36,142 nucleotides of DNA from an uncultured Candidatus Saccharibacteria bacterium (lineage in GTDB: Bacteria; Patescibacteriota; Doudnabacteria; UBA920). Positions within the stretch are counted from its first letter, which is position 1, and the number at the start of each line of letters is the position of its first letter. A program made the translations under genes and the position numbers. The stretch lies in contig CAYYEK010000001.1 in the NCBI GenBank assembly GCA_964470855.1, positions 1 to 36,142 on the forward strand, read 5' to 3'. The notes under the pieces were generated by a model, which made no database searches, had not been told where the DNA came from, and saw nothing but the letters and a program-made list of their open reading frames with translations. Of the stretch, positions 32,421 to 36,142 are shown piece after piece.

Positions 32421-32444
32421 ACCACTGCTTATGCGGTGGTTTTG
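32421..32444 (+). terminator. rho-independent terminator after rpsP
   Basis: ACCACTGC-ttat-GCGGTGGT (one mismatch) followed by TTTT. The T-tract runs into the next -35 box. Confidence 0.7.
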
Positions 32445-32470
32445 ACTTTTTATGAAATATCTGATATACT
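32442..32470 (+). promoter_or_regulatory. near-consensus sigma-70 promoter TTGACT-17-TATACT for the PA14 protein gene
   Basis: TTGACT at 32442-32447 and TATACT at 32465-32470. The leader is ~105 nt and contains an AGGCAA-tct-TTGCCT hairpin. Confidence 0.65.
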
Positions 32471-32581
32471 GTATCTAAATAAGGCAATCTTTGCCTCCAA
32501 AAGAAACAAAAAATTAATCAAAGATAGTTGATTTAAGGACCAAAATAGTCTTTTTACAACTGTCAGAAAAAAAACAAAAAA

Positions 32582-34900
32582 ATGCAAGAGAGTAACTCTG
32601 CTGGCGTTGGTCCAGCAGCCCGGAAATCCAGGCAGTATAAATTTACTGCTCAAGACTTTGTAAAGGCACTGATCAGTCCTAAGGTCTTGTTTACAGCAGT
32701 GTTTTCAGCTGTTGTGGTTAGCACTGCTTTGCTTTTGGCCGTAGTGGCGGTCAATGGTGACCAGAATAATCCTGTGGTTAGAGCCTTAGGAGCTTATGCC
32801 GGGCTTTTGTACCCGACAGAAGTGACTAAGTATAGGTATCTAAACAATAATACAACAGGTTGTCCGACCATAGTCCCCCAAAATGCGTGGAGAGGTTGTT
32901 ACTATAAATACAGTGGAACAGATTATTTTAACCCGGCTAATTTTTTAGTCACTCGCAACGTTAATCAAATAAGTTTTGACTGGCTGAACGGTTCTCCAGA
33001 ATCGGTCGTACCTTCGGATTATTTTAGCGCTAGGTGGGAGGGTGACTTTAACTTTGAGTCCGGTGAGTATACTTTTACGGCTGTGAAAGACACTGGTATG
33101 AGGGTGTTTCTTGACAATAAGCTGGTTTTTGATCGCTTTTATTCTGAGGCTAACGAAAAATTCACTTTTACGTCCCAACTTACATCTGGTATCCACAGAG
33201 TTAGGGTTGAGTATTATGAGTCAACAGGCTTGGCAGCAGCTAAATTGTCCTGGGCTAAAACAAGCTCAGCTTCGGGCGGGGGCGGTACAGGCACGGTGCC
33301 TGGTCTAGGATTAAGCAAAATTTCTGGACCGGCGGTTGTGGACTCTTGTAATACATCTACAATAACCTTGAATATAATTACCGGAGCCAAAGACGTAGAA
33401 CAGGTGATCTCAAGTCAAAATGCCAACTACTACGCTCCAGAATTACCTCGGTTTATTGGCGCTGCAACCACAGTGACTTATGTGGTCGACGCGAATAAAT
33501 TCAAGGCAGGCGACAATACATCCGTGACTTTTGCCTTGAGAGATATCACATCAAAATCGGTGGAGAGTTCAATTAAGGTAACCCGCCAAGATAATTGTGG
33601 AACTAAAGGTTCAGTACAGCTGACTACTCCAACCGTATATCAGTGTACACAAGGAAAGATTGGTGGGACCGCCCCGGAAGGAAATGTCTCAGATGTGAAG
33701 GTCATAGTGACCCAAGGGACAGGAAAAGTGGAAATCACAAATATCAAAGATAGTAACTATCCTTCCATTCTTAAACCTGAATCAAACAACAACACAGGCA
33801 CTTGGACGCGGAGTTTGACTACACAAGACTTTAACTACACTTCAGGTAAAACTCTGACAGCGGTAATTTCGCTGAAAGATTATCTAACCAGTGCGGTTAT
33901 AGACAGCAAAACCTTGACTATCAAGGTTGATACAACCGACATATGTAATCCTCTTATCTCATCCAGCATCACGGTTGGGAGTGTGTATGCTGCGTGTTTA
34001 GGTGGTAATGGTATCAAATCGTTTACCGATAACCTAAGCGTGACTAATGGTTCTACGACTGCGGCTGGGCTTCATATTTTCTGGAACGGCACAGATCGCG
34101 GAGAGTTGATGCGGGTTGAGGCTCGCGCCACCGAAGTAAGATCTAGGTATGTTTTAGGCATAGACGGAAAAAATGGAGACAAAGTGCTGTTTACGCTAGT
34201 TCGTGATGGTAGCGGTGACCCCAATCAACGCATAATCGCTATGGCTCCTGAACTTACGGTGCAAGACAACAAAGCTTGTGCGCCCACCGGCTCTATTCTT
34301 ATAAACGACACAGCTTTGCAGACTATTGATTTAAGTACTTGTGGCCTAAGAGGGTTTGCCAAAACCGCTAAATTGACCGCTAGGATAGACACGCCTTTTG
34401 GTGAAGGTGTTGTGGTAGTTGGTAGTGGTACCTACTCACCTGTGCCGACGGAAAAGGTCACAGACGCTAATGACGTGACATTCACTGTAGATGCAGAAAA
34501 AATGGGTGTGACTTCAGGCGTGACTTTTAACATCAAAAGTACAATTAGCGATAATTTCGTTCAGGGTGCTGGCGTGGTCGTATACAGGAGCGATGCGGCT
34601 TGCGGTAATAGTATAGATGGAGCTCAAGGTTTTGATCCAAATGCTACCCCGCAGTATACCAGCGACATAGCGTATGAAAACACTTACGTAGTTCTGTATG
34701 GGACTTTTCCTTCAAGCGGGAACTCCCTCGTCTCCGCCGGAAGTGTGAGTGGAACTATAGACTGGCAAGGGATGCAGCCATCCGGAACTTACAGCCAGAT
34801 TAACATTAAACTAGGCCCTGGCGCCGGGACTGCAACTTTTGCGGTGAGCAATTCTCGCGGTCAGTCAAACACAATTTCTATTCCAGTTGTTAAGAGGTAG
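32582..34900 (+). CDS. N-terminally membrane-anchored surface protein: PA14 domain plus about five Cys-delimited beta modules
   Basis: TM helix VLFTAVFSAVVVSTALLLAVVAV. The PA14 block is SDYFSARWEGDFNFESGEYTFTAVKDTGMRVFLDNKLVFD ... GIHRVRVEYYESTGLAAAKLSW, then a GGGGTGT linker. Modules of ~80-120 aa are each introduced by D-x(1-3)-C (DSC, QDNC, TDIC, QDNKAC, SDAAC). Confidence 0.8.
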   Translation: MQESNSAGVGPAARKSRQYKFTAQDFVKALISPKVLFTAVFSAVVVSTALLLAVVAVNGDQNNPVVRALGAYAGLLYPTEVTKYRYLNNNTTGCPTIVPQNAWRGCYYKYSGTDYFNPANFLVTRNVNQISFDWLNGSPESVVPSDYFSARWEGDFNFESGEYTFTAVKDTGMRVFLDNKLVFDRFYSEANEKFTFTSQLTSGIHRVRVEYYESTGLAAAKLSWAKTSSASGGGGTGTVPGLGLSKISGPAVVDSCNTSTITLNIITGAKDVEQVISSQNANYYAPELPRFIGAATTVTYVVDANKFKAGDNTSVTFALRDITSKSVESSIKVTRQDNCGTKGSVQLTTPTVYQCTQGKIGGTAPEGNVSDVKVIVTQGTGKVEITNIKDSNYPSILKPESNNNTGTWTRSLTTQDFNYTSGKTLTAVISLKDYLTSAVIDSKTLTIKVDTTDICNPLISSSITVGSVYAACLGGNGIKSFTDNLSVTNGSTTAAGLHIFWNGTDRGELMRVEARATEVRSRYVLGIDGKNGDKVLFTLVRDGSGDPNQRIIAMAPELTVQDNKACAPTGSILINDTALQTIDLSTCGLRGFAKTAKLTARIDTPFGEGVVVVGSGTYSPVPTEKVTDANDVTFTVDAEKMGVTSGVTFNIKSTISDNFVQGAGVVVYRSDAACGNSIDGAQGFDPNATPQYTSDIAYENTYVVLYGTFPSSGNSLVSAGSVSGTIDWQGMQPSGTYSQINIKLGPGAGTATFAVSNSRGQSNTISIPVVKR

Positions 34901-34937
34901 TTTCGCTTGGATACTGACAATTTTTGAAACCCCCTTA

Positions 34938-34966
34938 TTGACTTTAAGGTTCCATGTGGATATACT
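34938..34966 (+). promoter_or_regulatory. near-consensus sigma-70 promoter TTGACT-17-TATACT for the KH-domain gene
   Basis: TTGACT at 34938-34943 and TATACT at 34961-34966. The hexamers are identical to those of the PA14 promoter. Confidence 0.65.
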
Positions 34967-35039
34967 AGTTCTAGTACTGGCTTAATGGAAAGGTCGAAAG
35001 CTAGATTTCTCTCCTAGAGATTAATACGGAAAAGAAGCT

Positions 35040-35378
35040 ATGTCTGCTATAGAACAAGATGAGCAGTTTGTAGAGTTTGTTGTGAAAGCTTTGGTAGATA
35101 ACCCACAAGATGTTCGCACTGAAAGAGTGGTGGACGAGATGGGTGTCCTTATCACCTTACACATCAACCCCAAAGATATGGGGCAGGTCATAGGTAGGCA
35201 AGGTCAAACAGCCAAAGCGATCCGCACTCTACTTAGAGTGGTGGGCGCAAAGCACAAGGCACGGGTTAACCTGAAGATCTATGAACCAGAAGGTTCCCAT
35301 AGGCCAAGCCACCATCAGGACACATCCAACAGCGCTCCAGCGCAGATGGATGACGATACTGACGACTTTAACATCTAG
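35040..35378 (+). CDS. KH-domain RNA-binding protein (YlqC/UPF0109-like) with an acidic/His-rich C-terminal tail
   Basis: FVEFVVKALVDNPQDV ... LHINPKDMGQVIGRQGQTAKAIRTLL contains the GxxG KH loop. This is the usual partner gene of rpsP. Confidence 0.85.
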   Translation: MSAIEQDEQFVEFVVKALVDNPQDVRTERVVDEMGVLITLHINPKDMGQVIGRQGQTAKAIRTLLRVVGAKHKARVNLKIYEPEGSHRPSHHQDTSNSAPAQMDDDTDDFNI

Positions 35379-35391
35379 ACTTAGAAAAAGA

Positions 35392-35426
35392 AAACCGCTT
35401 TGGCTGGTCAAGCTAGGCGGTTTTTG
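35392..35426 (+). terminator. rho-independent terminator after the KH gene
   Basis: AAACCGC ... GCGGTTT outer stem with additional inner pairing (TGGCT/AGCTA), followed by TTTTT. Confidence 0.7.
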
Positions 35427-35605
35427 TATTAGGGTAAAGTAGTTAAGAGATTTTTTTGGAGTAGTATTACAAAATTTTTTTCAAGATAGTAGCCTAGCTT
35501 TGTATGTTTGTATTTTTTTGAAAGTATAATTATACAAGATTATTGATTTTTTTATTAATAATTGCTATAATTACATAGATAGATAAAAAACCTCTGAAAC
35601 AAAAA

Positions 35606-35624
35606 TACAATTAGTGCATAAAAA
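35606..35624 (+). promoter_or_regulatory. second exact copy of the 19-nt motif TACAATTAGTGCATAAAAA
   Basis: Identical to 3645-3663. It lies 32 nt upstream of the ATG at 35657 in a very AT-rich spacer. Confidence 0.5.
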
Positions 35625-35656
35625 GCCAAAACAAGCTTTTTTGAAGGGAAAAAGAT

Positions 35657-36142
35657 ATGTCAGCCAAGACAGTGGTTCGTCGTTCTGCTGCCAAGCAGCC
35701 TGGGATATCGTCTAAGTCGGAGCAGAAATCAGGAATGCTTAGGTTTTCTGTAAGGCAGATTGTGGTTATGGCTGCAGTTTTTTTGCTTGTGGTCGCAGCA
35801 GTAGTTGTAAGTGCGATGTCTGTATCTCGGGGGGGTAAAATCTCCCGTTTGCAACCTATGTACGGTAGCGCGAATTATGATTTGTCAGGATATGGCGAGT
35901 CGAGTAGCGTGGATTCTTGTAGCCCCACTATCAATGGGGTACAAGGCTATGATTCCAACGGATATAACAACAGTACTGCGATAAATGGTGAATACGCCAT
36001 AATTTATGGGGAGTGTCTAGGAAATGCTGAGTTATTGTATGGACCGGGAAACTCGTATATTGATTATCGTAGCGACACCCAGCTCAATGTAAAACTGCAG
36101 GTTGGGTATCCAGATAACGCGGCTTTTGTGGTTCAAGACAGG
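35657..36142 (+). CDS. N-terminally membrane-anchored surface protein, 5' part only (runs off the window)
   Basis: My own translation gives MSAKTVVRRSAAKQPG ... IVVMAAVFLLVVAAVVVSAM (TM helix), then DSCSPTINGVQGYDSNG ... YAIIYGEC ... QLNVKLQ. It stays open to the end of the window and is absent from the ORF track because no stop codon is reached. GAAGGGA lies upstream. Confidence 0.7.
   Translation, partial: MSAKTVVRRSAAKQPGISSKSEQKSGMLRFSVRQIVVMAAVFLLVVAAVVVSAMSVSRGGKISRLQPMYGSANYDLSGYGESSSVDSCSPTINGVQGYDSNGYNNSTAINGEYAIIYGECLGNAELLYGPGNSYIDYRSDTQLNVKLQVGYPDNAAFVVQDR

Noticed and set aside
1-36142. Alternative genetic code (UGA recoding, as in some CPR lineages).
   Set aside because: Conserved genes (pyrG, ftsK, recA, ftsH, smc, galU, comM) have normal full lengths under standard stops. 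Several of them, including the SBP gene and ftsH, end at TGA.

Overview
Gene-dense 36 kb window with about 30 CDS and 2 tRNAs, nearly all on the + strand. GC looks mid-40s % by eye, and gene lengths are normal under standard stop codons. It reads like core chromosome of a small-genome bacterium, probably Candidate Phyla Radiation/Patescibacteria-like; that lineage call is inference only. The housekeeping backbone is pyrG, an Hsp20, ftsK / rodZ-like / recA, a DnaQ-exonuclease fused to a degenerate DinG-like body, dksA-like / lspA / comM(yifB), galU, ftsH, rnc, a short smc, rpsP and a KH-domain gene. Three things stand out. (1) At 20328-25435 six tandem secreted proteins share a conserved VirB2/TrbC-pilin-like C-terminal two-helix module (GG-x-x-Y-[ILM]-T-[SA]-A-G-N ... 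G-[KR]-K). Their N-terminal ectodomains are unrelated and 0 to ~330 aa long: a Cys loop, a peptidoglycan-binding domain, Ig-like repeats, Gly-rich linkers. No type IV secretion ATPase or channel gene is in the window, and an orphan solute-binding lipoprotein is translationally coupled to the first gene. This is my best candidate for an undescribed surface-display or filament system. (2) A 772-aa membrane-anchored PA14 multi-module surface protein is inserted as its own transcription unit between rpsP and its usual KH-domain neighbour. Its last module recurs in the next surface-protein gene. (3) Several non-coding elements are unexplained. These are a 680-bp ORF-free region with a consensus promoter and a terminator/antiterminator-like pair, and GC-rich structured stretches next to both tRNAs. 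There is also a tRNA-Leu 3' fragment split by a 30-nt double hairpin, two 34-nt direct repeats after tRNA-Val, an exact 19-nt promoter-region motif shared by two distant membrane-protein genes, and a 96-bp duplicated gene fragment. I saw no transposase, integrase, CRISPR array or rRNA.
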